64,000 nucleotides of DNA from Actinomycetota bacterium (GTDB taxonomy: Bacteria > Actinomycetota > UBA4738 > HRBIN12). A program made the position numbers and the translations under genes. The stretch spans positions 138,218 through 202,217 of the forward strand of contig JBBRWM010000004.1 of assembly GCA_038249195.1 (NCBI GenBank), given 5' to 3'. Shown here one piece after another: positions 32,265-41,012 of this stretch. The notes below the pieces were generated by a model. The model did no database searches. It was not told the DNA's origin and worked only from the letters and a program-made list of their open reading frames with translations. Numbering within the stretch: the stretch's first letter is position 1; every line of letters begins with the position of its first letter.

Positions 32265-32325
32265 GCACCTCAAGCCTGTCAGCCACGATGCCGATGTTCC
32301 GGTGGTCGGACGGGCATCGGCGCTC

Positions 32326-32396
32326 GCGTACGTAGCGCGACGTACGCAAGCTCAGGGAATCGCGGAATTCCCGGGCGGGATCGCCCGCCGTACGGT
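32326..32396. promoter_or_regulatory. Cluster of inverted repeats upstream of the Tad-like operon
   Basis: Three palindromes lie within 70 bp and about 100 nt upstream of the TadE-like start. They are GCGTACGT-AGCGCG-ACGTACGC, GGGAAT-CGCGGA-ATTCCC and GGCGGG-ATCG-CCCGCC. A fourth, CCGTACGG, follows. The hexamer CGTACG recurs three times. Confidence 0.3.
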
Positions 32397-32463
32397 TTCG
32401 GCGGACGGGACGAGCGGACCATTTGGCCCGGCGTTCGGGCGGATGAGGACGGAGAGGACACCC

Positions 32464-32955
32464 ATGCACGAGCATCGCCGGCTCGCAGTGGCAGAGCGGA
32501 GGGGGCCATCGAAGGATCGTCGCGGCGCGGGCTCGCTCCGCGACGAGGGAGGCGCGGCGGCCGTCGAGTTCGCGATCGTGGCTTCTATCTTCTTCCTCCT
32601 GGTCTTCGGGATCATCGACTTCGGGTTCGGGTTCCACACCTGGAACGGGACCGCGAACGCGGCGCGCGAAGGGGCTCGGCGCGCCGCGGTCGACCCGGTC
32701 GTCGGCGACATCGTGGCCCGCACGACGCAGTCCGTCGACTACCTCGACCCGGCTCGCTTGACGGTCTCCGTCACCTGCAGCAGCGGTGGTGGCGCCTTCA
32801 CCGGTTGCCCGGCCTCCTCGGGCTGGGTGGAAGGCGATCTGGTGCGCGTCACCGTGGACTATCGGTATCAGTACCTCACGCCCCTGGGGAGCATGGTCGG
32901 CCTCGGCGACGACCTGAACCTGCACTCGGTCTCGGAAGCACGGTACGAAGGGTGA
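32464..32955 (+). CDS. TadE-like (Flp pilus assembly pseudopilin-like) protein
   Basis: The TadE-domain signature 'GAAAVEFAIVASIFFLLVFGIIDFGFG' is present. An RBS 'GGAGAGGA' precedes the ATG. Confidence 0.75.
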   Translation: MHEHRRLAVAERRGPSKDRRGAGSLRDEGGAAAVEFAIVASIFFLLVFGIIDFGFGFHTWNGTANAAREGARRAAVDPVVGDIVARTTQSVDYLDPARLTVSVTCSSGGGAFTGCPASSGWVEGDLVRVTVDYRYQYLTPLGSMVGLGDDLNLHSVSEARYEG

Positions 32956-34337
32956 GGCGCCCGCTGGCGGTTCGTCGTGGCCGGTTCTCCGAAGAGGGGG
33001 GTGCGGTCGTCGTCCTGTTCGCGTTGCTCTTGACGGTCCTGTTCGCGGCGGTCGCGTTCGCCGTCGACCTCTCCCGTCTGTATCACGAGCGCCAGGTGCT
33101 CCAGAACTCCGTGGACTTCGGCGCGCTGGCGGGCGCCCGCGAGCTGCCGGCGCAGGGATCGGTGCAGGGTTCGCTCGCCTCCGCCGAGGCGCTTCGCGTG
33201 ACGCTCGACAACGCGCCGCAGCTGACGCCGGGGCAGGTCTCGATCAACTTCCGATGCATCGTGGGCGACCGCGACGACGACGGCGCTCCTGACCTCGAGG
33301 ACGTGCCGTACGTGTGCGGGCCCACGACGGGGACGTGGGCGGCCGGTGACTGGCGCACGAAGCGTGGACGCTCGTCGCACGCCTGCGACCCGTTCGCCGG
33401 CGACAAGTGCAACACGATCCTGGTGTCGACCAGCAACGACGTCAACTACGCGTTCGCGCCCGTGATCGGGATCAACCAGGGGAACACGGGAGCGGTGAGC
33501 GCCGCATCCTGCAACGGCTCGTGCGGCGCCGCGCCATCTCCGTTGGACGTGGTGATGGTGCTCGACCGCACCGGCAGCATGACGGCCGCCGACATCGTCA
33601 ACGTCAAGAACGCGGCACTCTCGATCCTGGGGTTCTACAACTCCGCGGAGCAATGGGTGGGTGTCGCCGCCCTCCCGTACGGACTCGCGAACAAGTGCAC
33701 CGTCAACGATCCTCAGAACTACCCGGACTCCAACTACTCGGATTGGCAGACGATACCGCTGAGCAAGAACTTCTCGAACCCCGACGGGACCGTGAACATG
33801 GGGAGTCAGATCGTGCAGAGCATCAACTGCCTGCAGCGCGCCGGGAGCCCGCGCGTCAACGTGAACGGAACCAACTGGACGAAAGATGGCCATACCAACC
33901 TGGGCGATCCGCTCGACGCCGCCCGGGACATGCTCGCCCTCGAGGGGCGCGCGAGTGTCCCCGACGTGATCATCTTCGAGACGGACGGCCAGGCGAACCA
34001 GCCCCACGGCTACAACCCGTGCAACTACCTGAACAACAAGGCCAACATCGCGAAGGCCGCGGGCCAGACGATCTACACGATCGCCTACGGCCTGGACAGC
34101 CCGCCGGTGCGGTGCACGTACGACACGGGCGGGCCCTTCGTCAATGCCTACGCCACCGGAAACATCGCGGCGGCAGCCACCAGCTCGACGGATGACGTGC
34201 CCGGAGGCTGCGGGCCGAACGAGAACAAGGATGGAGACAACTACTTCTGCGTCCCGGGCAGCGCCGATCTCGAGCCTGTGTTCCGCCAAGTGGCGGAGGC
34301 CAGTGTCGGCAACGCTCGACTCGTAGATGACGTCTGA
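32952..34337 (+). CDS. TadG-like (Tad_N) protein with von Willebrand factor A domain
   Basis: The N-terminus 'GGAVVVLFALLLTVLFAAVAFAVDLSRLYHERQVLQNSVDFGALAGAREL' is the TadE/G-like Tad_N region. The vWA MIDAS motif is 'VVMVLDRTGSMT'. The GTG start overlaps the TadE-like stop (GTGA). Confidence 0.75.
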   Translation: MRRPLAVRRGRFSEEGGAVVVLFALLLTVLFAAVAFAVDLSRLYHERQVLQNSVDFGALAGARELPAQGSVQGSLASAEALRVTLDNAPQLTPGQVSINFRCIVGDRDDDGAPDLEDVPYVCGPTTGTWAAGDWRTKRGRSSHACDPFAGDKCNTILVSTSNDVNYAFAPVIGINQGNTGAVSAASCNGSCGAAPSPLDVVMVLDRTGSMTAADIVNVKNAALSILGFYNSAEQWVGVAALPYGLANKCTVNDPQNYPDSNYSDWQTIPLSKNFSNPDGTVNMGSQIVQSINCLQRAGSPRVNVNGTNWTKDGHTNLGDPLDAARDMLALEGRASVPDVIIFETDGQANQPHGYNPCNYLNNKANIAKAAGQTIYTIAYGLDSPPVRCTYDTGGPFVNAYATGNIAAAATSSTDDVPGGCGPNENKDGDNYFCVPGSADLEPVFRQVAEASVGNARLVDDV

Positions 34338-34340
34338 CAT

Positions 34341-35069
34341 GTGCGTCGGAACAGGAGGACGGAAATGAAGATGCGGAACCTCGCGCTGCCAGCGGCCTTG
34401 CTCTTGGCCGTCCTGGCGGCCGCTGCCATGCTGCTGTACACCACGACCGTGAAGCATGACGCCGCCACCGGCGGAAACACCATCGCGGTCGTGGTGGCGA
34501 CCCAGGATGTACGGGCCGGTACCCAACTCGATGGGCTCATCGACGACGGGACCCTGACCGTGCAGGAGATCCCCAAGAACTACGTCGCCCCCGGGGCGAT
34601 CACGTCGCTCGACGACCTGCGGGGCAAGACCAGCAGCCAGCCGATCGTGCGGGGCGAGCAAGTGCTGTCGAATCGCATCGCGGAGCTCGGCTCGACGCTC
34701 GGCGGCGGCCTCGGGATCCCGGATGGCTACACGGCGATCTCCGTGCAGCTGCCGACTCCTCAGGGCGTGGGCCAAGCTGTGCACCGCGGCGATCACGTCC
34801 AGATCTTCGCCACCTTCCACGGGCTGGGCAACGGATCCGAGACCAAGACGGTGACGCTGATCCCCGACGTCGAGGTGCTCGACGCCGTGGGGCAGGGGAC
34901 CGATCAGGCCAAGAGCGACAACATCCTGTTCACGTTCGCGCTCAAGCCCCTGGATGCCGGGCGGTTGACCTTCGGCATCGATAACGCGAGCGTGTGGCTG
35001 ACCTTGCTGCCGCCGGACGCCAAGGGTCAGACCATCCCGCCGGTGACGCTCGGCAACGTTTCGAAGTAA
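34341..35069 (+). CDS. Flp pilus assembly protein CpaB/RcpC family (SAF + RcpC domains)
   Basis: It has an N-terminal TM/signal 'MRNLALPAALLLAVLAAAAMLLY'. SAF-like motifs 'VVVATQDVRAGTQL' and 'PKNYVAPGAI' are followed by an RcpC-like C-terminal domain. It starts 3 nt after the TadG-like stop. Confidence 0.8.
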   Translation: MRRNRRTEMKMRNLALPAALLLAVLAAAAMLLYTTTVKHDAATGGNTIAVVVATQDVRAGTQLDGLIDDGTLTVQEIPKNYVAPGAITSLDDLRGKTSSQPIVRGEQVLSNRIAELGSTLGGGLGIPDGYTAISVQLPTPQGVGQAVHRGDHVQIFATFHGLGNGSETKTVTLIPDVEVLDAVGQGTDQAKSDNILFTFALKPLDAGRLTFGIDNASVWLTLLPPDAKGQTIPPVTLGNVSK

Positions 35070-35091
35070 CGCACGACCCGCTCGAACCGCA

Positions 35092-36324
35092 TCATCCGCG
35101 GACCTGCAGTCCTCCCAGGCCGCGGATGATGTAGTTCGGCTTCCACGTCGGCGTCTCGACGAGTTCGAGCTCGGGCATCCTGCGCATCACCGTGCCGAAC
35201 GACACCTCGAGCTCGAGGCGCGCCAACGGCGCGCCGAGGCAGAAATGGATCCCCGCTCCGAACGTCAGATGGGGGTTGGGCTCCCGGCCCAGGTCGAGGT
35301 GCTCCGGGCGCTCGAAGACGGCCGGGTCGCGGTTGGCCGAGCCGAAGACCAATCCCAGCTCCGCGCCCCGCGGTATCCTCCCGCCGTCCAGCTCCAGGTC
35401 CTCGAGCGCCCAGCGTTCGAACAGCTGCAGGGGCGTGTCCCACCGCATGAGCTCATCGACGGCGGTGGGGATCGAGGCCGGCTCGGCCCGCAGCCGAGCC
35501 AGTTGCTCGGGGTGACGCAAGAGCGCCCACCACCCGTTGCCCGTCATGTTGACGGTGGCTTCGTGACCGGCGTTCAGCAGCAACACACACGTCCCGATCA
35601 ACTCGTCCTCGCTGAGCCTGACCCCGTCATCCGCGACGAGGACGAGTTCGCTGATCAGGTCACCCGTGGGCAGCGCTCGCCGCTCCCGGGAGAGCGCGCG
35701 GAGGTACGCGGAGAACTCGGAACAGGCCCGGACGGCGATCCGCTCGTCATCGGCGATCGGCCGCAGCTCGTACATCCGGCAGATGTCCGCCGACCACGGA
35801 CGCAGGAGCCCCCGGTCTCGTTCGGGGACGCCCAGGAGCTCGGCGATCACGGCCACGGGCAACGGTTCCGCGAGGGAGGGCACCAGGTCGAACGGACCTG
35901 CCCCCTGCACGCGGTCCACGAGGGCGTCCATCGTTCGTTGGATCGGCTCGCCCATCGAGGCGACCATCCGCGGCGTGAACGCCTTGGACATGAGCCGCCG
36001 CACGCGGGTGTGGACCGGAGGCTCCATGTCGAGGATGCCGTGCTCGATGAGGTGCCAGAAGGGCCCGAGCGATGGGTCGGGCGGCGTGCGTCCCATCTCC
36101 TCGTCGGTGGCAACGTGGCGGTAGGTTCGTCCCAGGCGCCGGTCCTGCAGCAACGCGGCGACGTCGCGATGCCGCGTGATGAGCCAATGGTCCGTCGCCT
36201 CGTCGTAGAGGACCGGATGCTCCTCCCGGAGCCTTCGGTAGACGGGGTAGGGATCGGCGATGAACCCGACATCGTCGGGCGCGAAGCCCAGCCCCCTCGC
36301 CGAAACGGTTCCCACACGCCCCAC
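35092..36324 (-). CDS. Cytochrome P450
   Basis: The heme-binding loop 'FGAGIHFCLGAPLARLE' is present. The K-helix 'ELMRWD' (ExxR) and the I-helix 'LLLNAGHEAT' are also present. The start is set at a GTG to give ~410 aa, because the 488-aa track ORF is over-extended. Confidence 0.85.
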   Translation of the reverse strand: MGRVGTVSARGLGFAPDDVGFIADPYPVYRRLREEHPVLYDEATDHWLITRHRDVAALLQDRRLGRTYRHVATDEEMGRTPPDPSLGPFWHLIEHGILDMEPPVHTRVRRLMSKAFTPRMVASMGEPIQRTMDALVDRVQGAGPFDLVPSLAEPLPVAVIAELLGVPERDRGLLRPWSADICRMYELRPIADDERIAVRACSEFSAYLRALSRERRALPTGDLISELVLVADDGVRLSEDELIGTCVLLLNAGHEATVNMTGNGWWALLRHPEQLARLRAEPASIPTAVDELMRWDTPLQLFERWALEDLELDGGRIPRGAELGLVFGSANRDPAVFERPEHLDLGREPNPHLTFGAGIHFCLGAPLARLELEVSFGTVMRRMPELELVETPTWKPNYIIRGLGGLQVRG

Positions 36325-36358
36325 GGTAGCGGGACGGCGTGCGCTGGGACGCGCGTGA

Positions 36359-38545
36359 TCAGGGCTGGCCGGGCAAGAACACCGAGAACCGCGATCCTCC
36401 CTGCGGTCGGTCCTCCATCCAGGCCCTTCCCCCGTGGAGCTCGGCGAACCGAAGCACGAGCGACAACCCGACGCCGACACCGGGGGAGTGCTCCGCCGCG
36501 GACCCGGGCGCTTGGCGGAACGGCTCGAAGACGGCCTCGTGCAGGTCCGACGGAACACCAGGACCCTCGTCCTCGACCACGATCAGCACGCCGCCCTCCT
36601 GGGCACGCGCGCGCACCCAGATCTTCGCCTCGGGCGGGGTATGGCGGATGGCGTTGGACAAGAGGTTCTCGAAGATGCGCTCTACCTTGGCGCCGTCGAG
36701 CGACACCGTGATGGCCTCCACCTCCACCTCGATCTGATGCCCGGCGGGATTCTCGGTCTCCTCGACGCCGCGACGTACGAGCTGCGCGAGGTCCGTTGGA
36801 CGCCGCTGAGGCGAGACGATCCCCCGCTGAAGGCGGTCGAGGTCGAGGAGGTCGGAGAGCAGGCGCTCGAGCTTGCGCGCGTTGGCGGCGATGCGATGGA
36901 CCAGGTCGACCGCGTCTTCGCCTGAGAGGTCGAACTGTGCCTGTTCGAGCGTCAAGGCTGAGCCGAGGATCGACGTCAGCGGTGTCCTCAGGTCGTGCGA
37001 CACGGCCTCGAGGAAGGTGTTCTTCATGTCGTCGAGGGCCCGGAGGCGCTGGGACGCTTCGCGCTCGCGCCGGAAGGCCTCCGAGTACTTGCGTTCGCTC
37101 TGTTGCAGGGCGTGTTCGGCCCGCTTGCGCTCGGTGACGTCCACCATGAGCCCACGCAGCTGACGCGGTCCCTGAGCCCCTCGCACGACGTGGAACATGT
37201 CGCGGATCCATACTGTGGAGCGGTCGGGCCGCTCGACGCGATACTCCACGCTCCCGTCCCGTCCCGCCTCGGCGGCGGCGTGGAGGGTCATCAGGGCCTC
37301 GGTCCGATCTGCCTCGGCGATGTGGTCTCCCCACGCGCGGCTGTCGGAGGGCCACGCGGCGGTCGAGCGGCCGAGCAGCTCGTCGACCCTTCCTCCCATG
37401 AACGTGAAGGCGCGCGAGGAAGCATCCGCCTCCCAGAACCCCGCGTCGAGCGTCTCGACGAGTTCGTGGAAGCGTTCCAGCTCGGAGATCCTTCGGGCGT
37501 TGCCGAGCGCGAGCGACGTGATGTCCGCCAGCCCGCGCGCCATCCGCAGCTCCGGTTCCCCGAACGGGGTGCTGCCCGGTCCGCTGACGAGCGCGAGCGC
37601 CCCGCGACCGTCCGGCTCCCACCGCAGCGGGGCGACCAGGACGTCGCCTGGTTCGTGCACGAAGTACAGGTCGTGGGGGATGTCCCGCACCATGACCTCG
37701 GGGATGACGAACGGCACCGTCTCACCGGAGAGGAACGCCGCCGCGATGTCGGCGGGAATCTCGGCGATCTCCGCGCGGGCGCGCGCTCGGCCCTCGCCGA
37801 CCTCGTGCAGCCGTGCGAGCCGGAAGTCGCCGGTCTCCGCGTCCAACACGTACGCGCCGGCCGCTACGCACGGGACCAGGCCGTTCACGGACTCGACCGC
37901 CTCCTGGAGGATGTCGCCGACGGTGTGCTTGCCCGTCAGTGTCTGGGAAAGCCGCAGGAGCGAGGCAGCCGTTTCGGCCGCATGACGGGCCGATTGGAAG
38001 AGCTTCGCGTTCTCGAAGGCCACCGCCGCGTGCGAGGCGAGCACCTCCAAGAGGCGCCGGTCCTCCTCGTCGAACTTCCCGAATCCGAGGCTCGACAGGA
38101 CGATCACGCCGATGACGGGCTCTCCGAGGCGCATGGGAACCAAGAGCATGGACTCGACGATGTCCTCGGTTCCTTCGATCTGGATCGCGTATCCCACCTC
38201 TTGGGCGTTCGGCGTGAGGAGGGACTCGCCCGTCGCGGCGACGTGTCCCGTGAGACCTTCGCCCATCAGGGTGACGAGCTCCTCGAGGGTTTCTTCCTCG
38301 TAGTCCTTGAACAGCTCGCCGCGGAAGGCGATGGGCATCAGGGTCACGCCGTCGTCCTGGAGCAGGTAGACGCGGCAGTTGTGATAGTCGATGAGCGTGC
38401 GGAGCTCGGCGGTGATCGCGGCGCCGATCTCTTCGACCGTCCCGAGCGCGTTGAGCTTTGCCGCCAGGCTGTGGAGCATGTTGAGCTGGGCCACGGATCG
38501 GATCCGGTCGGATCCCCGCTCGTGCTCGCCCAAGGCTTTCACCAT
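36359..38545 (-). CDS. Multi-sensor histidine kinase (GAF, PAS, HisKA, HATPase_c)
   Basis: The HisKA H-box is 'EAVSHDLRTPLTSILGSA'. The HATPase region shows 'GVGVGLSLVLRFAELHGGRAWMEDRPQGGSRFSVFLP'. Two GAF-like regions and a PAS region lie N-terminal. The start is the ATG of 'MVKALGEH'. Confidence 0.85.
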   Translation of the reverse strand: MVKALGEHERGSDRIRSVAQLNMLHSLAAKLNALGTVEEIGAAITAELRTLIDYHNCRVYLLQDDGVTLMPIAFRGELFKDYEEETLEELVTLMGEGLTGHVAATGESLLTPNAQEVGYAIQIEGTEDIVESMLLVPMRLGEPVIGVIVLSSLGFGKFDEEDRRLLEVLASHAAVAFENAKLFQSARHAAETAASLLRLSQTLTGKHTVGDILQEAVESVNGLVPCVAAGAYVLDAETGDFRLARLHEVGEGRARARAEIAEIPADIAAAFLSGETVPFVIPEVMVRDIPHDLYFVHEPGDVLVAPLRWEPDGRGALALVSGPGSTPFGEPELRMARGLADITSLALGNARRISELERFHELVETLDAGFWEADASSRAFTFMGGRVDELLGRSTAAWPSDSRAWGDHIAEADRTEALMTLHAAAEAGRDGSVEYRVERPDRSTVWIRDMFHVVRGAQGPRQLRGLMVDVTERKRAEHALQQSERKYSEAFRREREASQRLRALDDMKNTFLEAVSHDLRTPLTSILGSALTLEQAQFDLSGEDAVDLVHRIAANARKLERLLSDLLDLDRLQRGIVSPQRRPTDLAQLVRRGVEETENPAGHQIEVEVEAITVSLDGAKVERIFENLLSNAIRHTPPEAKIWVRARAQEGGVLIVVEDEGPGVPSDLHEAVFEPFRQAPGSAAEHSPGVGVGLSLVLRFAELHGGRAWMEDRPQGGSRFSVFLPGQP

Positions 38546-38669
38546 CGTCTCACCGTCGCCGCTTCCTCGTTGTGGCGATGCTCTCACAGGCAGCTGGCCT
38601 CCCCTGGAGGTGTCGGGAGCCCGCGCGGGGTGCTTGAACGGACCCCTCGCGGATGCGAGCCTCACAGAC

Positions 38670-38957
38670 ATGAGAACCTCCGGTGCCGAGCGGACCGCCT
38701 GCGCGCCCGGTCTCGCCGAGCGCGAGCGGCTCGTGCTGGACTTCGAGCGCCAGAGCTGGAAACTGACGGTGCCCAAGGAGCGTGCCATCCGCGAACGGTT
38801 CGGGTTCTCGGCGGCGCGTTACCACCAGTTGCTCAACCGGGTGATCGAGCACCCGGAGGCTCTCGCGTACGATCCGATGTTGGTACGTCGCCTGCGCCGC
38901 GTCCGGGAGGTGCGCCGCCGGCGCCGCGTCGCGGGTCAACTCGGCGTCCGCGTCTGA
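38670..38957 (+). CDS. DUF3263-family protein
   Basis: The diagnostic region 'RERLVLDFERQSWKLTVPKERAIRERFGFSAARYHQLLNRVIEHPEALAYDPMLVRRLRR' is present. It is paired with a LytR_C gene as in mycobacteria. Confidence 0.7.
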   Translation: MRTSGAERTACAPGLAERERLVLDFERQSWKLTVPKERAIRERFGFSAARYHQLLNRVIEHPEALAYDPMLVRRLRRVREVRRRRRVAGQLGVRV

Positions 38958-38986
38958 GCCCCATCACCCTGGGGTAGGATTGGCCC

Positions 38987-39526
38987 GTGAACCTCGGCAC
39001 CGCTCGGATCGTCGTCCTCGTTGCGCTCGTCGTGGCCGGCGTCGCCATCTTGGTCAACGGTTTCGGCGGTCAGAGCGTCGCCCTGCCGAACGCAGCGGCG
39101 CCCAGCGGGAGCCCCTCAGCGAGCGCAACGTCCCGGCCCTCGGGAGGTGCCACCAGCGACAGCCCCTCCACGGCGCCGCTCCCGGATCCCCAGCCCCCCG
39201 CCGATGTCACGGTGGCGGTGTTCAACGGTACCGCCACCACGGGCCTCGCGGCCCAGGGAGATCAGACGCTCACCGATGCCGGCTACGTCGCCGGTCAGGC
39301 TCCCGCGGACTCACCAGTCAAGCCCATCCCCAAGACCACCGTCTACTACCGCGGCGGACCCGATGCCGATCAGAACCAGGCCAACGCCCAGGCCGTCGCC
39401 GCCGTCGTGTTCAAGGGCGCGCAGGTGGCGCAGCTCGGAACGGACTTCGACAACCCCGCCACGCTCAAGAAGGGCGTCCAGGTGGTCGTGGTGCTGGGTG
39501 AGGACTACGCGAAGAAGCACGGCTGA
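38987..39526 (+). CDS. LytR C-terminal domain (LytR_C) membrane protein
   Basis: It has an N-terminal TM helix and a Ser/Pro-rich linker. The LytR_C domain is 'VTVAVFNGTATTGLAAQGDQTLTDAGYVAG...VYYRGGPDA'. Confidence 0.75.
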   Translation: MNLGTARIVVLVALVVAGVAILVNGFGGQSVALPNAAAPSGSPSASATSRPSGGATSDSPSTAPLPDPQPPADVTVAVFNGTATTGLAAQGDQTLTDAGYVAGQAPADSPVKPIPKTTVYYRGGPDADQNQANAQAVAAVVFKGAQVAQLGTDFDNPATLKKGVQVVVVLGEDYAKKHG

Positions 39527-39952
39527 TCAGACCGCGTCGCGCAACCCTCGAAGCATCCTCGCGCGCAGATCCGCGCGTTCGTCCAAGGTCATCGCCGTGA
39601 TCCGATCGAGCGCGTTCAGCAGCTCCTCAGGCGGGAACGGCTTCAGCACGAACTCGGAGGCGCCGTCTTCCCAACAACGGATCCGGTCCTCGACCTGAGA
39701 CTTGGCGGTCAAGATCACCACCGGGAGGTGACGCGTCGCCTCGTCTTCCTGCAGGGCCGCGAGGATCTGGTAACCGTTCACCCACGGAAGCATGAGGTCG
39801 AGGACCACGATGTCCGGATGCTCCTCGCGCGCCATCATCAGTCCCCGGGCGCCTTCCTGCGCCTCGATCACCTCGTGGCCCGCATGCTCCAGGTTCAGCT
39901 TGCAGAGCAGCAGGACGTCGGGTTCGTCGTCGATCACGAGCACGCGAGACAT
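39527..39952 (-). CDS. Single-domain response regulator (receiver, CheY-like)
   Basis: The REC domain is 'VLVIDDEPDVLLLCKLNLEHAGHEV...IVVLDLMLPWVNGYQIL...LTAKSQ'. There is no output domain. Confidence 0.85.
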   Translation of the reverse strand: MSRVLVIDDEPDVLLLCKLNLEHAGHEVIEAQEGARGLMMAREEHPDIVVLDLMLPWVNGYQILAALQEDEATRHLPVVILTAKSQVEDRIRCWEDGASEFVLKPFPPEELLNALDRITAMTLDERADLRARMLRGLRDAV

Positions 39953-40116
39953 CTACGTTTCCTTGACCTTCCCGTGCGGTGGTTACCGTTCCCCTGGTTT
40001 CCCATCGGCATCCACGTGCGTCGCTGACATACCCGGAACCGGGGAGCCGGGGCGGATGGCCTTCGTCGTTGACGGGAGATGGGACCCCCCCTACGCTGCC
40101 TCAAGGAGGCGTCGGC

Positions 40117-40590
40117 ATGTTGAAGGTGTCCCAGAAGCTCGAGTACGCCATGCGTGCCATGATCGAGCTCGCGCAGCGTCGCTCGGACGATCGGCTGGTG
40201 ACGGCCCGGGAGATCGCTGAACGCCAGCATGTTCCGCTGCGATTCCTGGAGCAACAGCTCGGCGCCCTCACGAAGGCCGGGCTGGTGCAGAGCTTCCGAG
40301 GCGCCGGCGGGGGCTGCCGGATCGCGCGCGATCCCGCGGAGATCACGGTGGCGGAGATCGCCGACGCCATCGAGGGCCAGCTATTCCCGATGTTCTGCCT
40401 GGAGCCCTCGGATCACACGTGCTTCCAGGATTCCCGGTGCGGGCTCCAGGGGTTCTGGGCCGACGTTGCGCGCGCCATCCAGGACGTCTTCCGCGCCACC
40501 ACCGTGGCCCAGCTCGCGGCCCGCCACAAGGGGATGACGCCCGCGCCCGTTCTCGTCCGACCCGACGAGCTCCTGTCCCGTCTCACCTGA
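40117..40590 (+). CDS. Rrf2-family transcriptional regulator (IscR/NsrR-like, three Cys ligands)
   Basis: The N-terminus '[19 protein letters not shown]' is the wHTH. The cysteine cluster is '[15 protein letters not shown]'. An RBS 'AAGGAGG' lies 7 nt upstream of the ATG. Confidence 0.85.
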   Translation: MLKVSQKLEYAMRAMIELAQRRSDDRLVTAREIAERQHVPLRFLEQQLGALTKAGLVQSFRGAGGGCRIARDPAEITVAEIADAIEGQLFPMFCLEPSDHTCFQDSRCGLQGFWADVARAIQDVFRATTVAQLAARHKGMTPAPVLVRPDELLSRLT

Positions 40591-40625
40591 GCGGCCCGGG
40601 GGAGCGTCGGTCCTGCGAACGGAAC

Positions 40626-40787
40626 CTACTTGCCGGCTTCGGCCTTGCTGAGGATCCTCGTGAGCTTGGTCCCGCACACCGAGCACGTGCCCTGAGCCGC
40701 GGGGCGACCGTTCTTGAGCTCAACGACCTGACCCTCGAACATCCGCTTCTCGCGGCACTTCATGCAATAGGCCTCGTACTGCGCCAC
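40626..40787 (-). CDS. Small zinc-ribbon protein (DUF5679-like), 53 aa
   Basis: It was translated by hand as '[53 protein letters not shown]' with a CxxC...CxxC ribbon. An RBS 'GAAGGGAGG' precedes the GTG start. It is absent from the ORF track because it is short. Confidence 0.6.
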   Translation of the reverse strand: MAQYEAYCMKCREKRMFEGQVVELKNGRPAAQGTCSVCGTKLTRILSKAEAGK

Positions 40788-41012
40788 CGCAGCCTCCCTT
40801 CCCGTTCCCGCCGCCGGTCGGCCGGCAGGCCTCGATGTTTCGCCGCAGGGCCCGGCCCTGGAGCTTCAAGGCCGCCTCGTTGGGCGGCCCCTTGGACGAT
40901 GGTGGCCCCGCGGGCGTGTGGTTGCAAGCACATCGGCCCTCGGACGAATCGCGTCCCAAGGCCATCCTGCGTACGATGCCCCCCCGTCCCCGACGCCAGG
41001 AGGAAGCCGCAG

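Noticed and set aside
32235-32951. N-terminal 239 codons of the 700-aa track ORF upstream of the TadG-like gene
   Set aside because: That part overlaps the TadE-like gene in another frame and is Arg-rich low complexity. The real TadG-like CDS most likely starts at the GTG at 32952.
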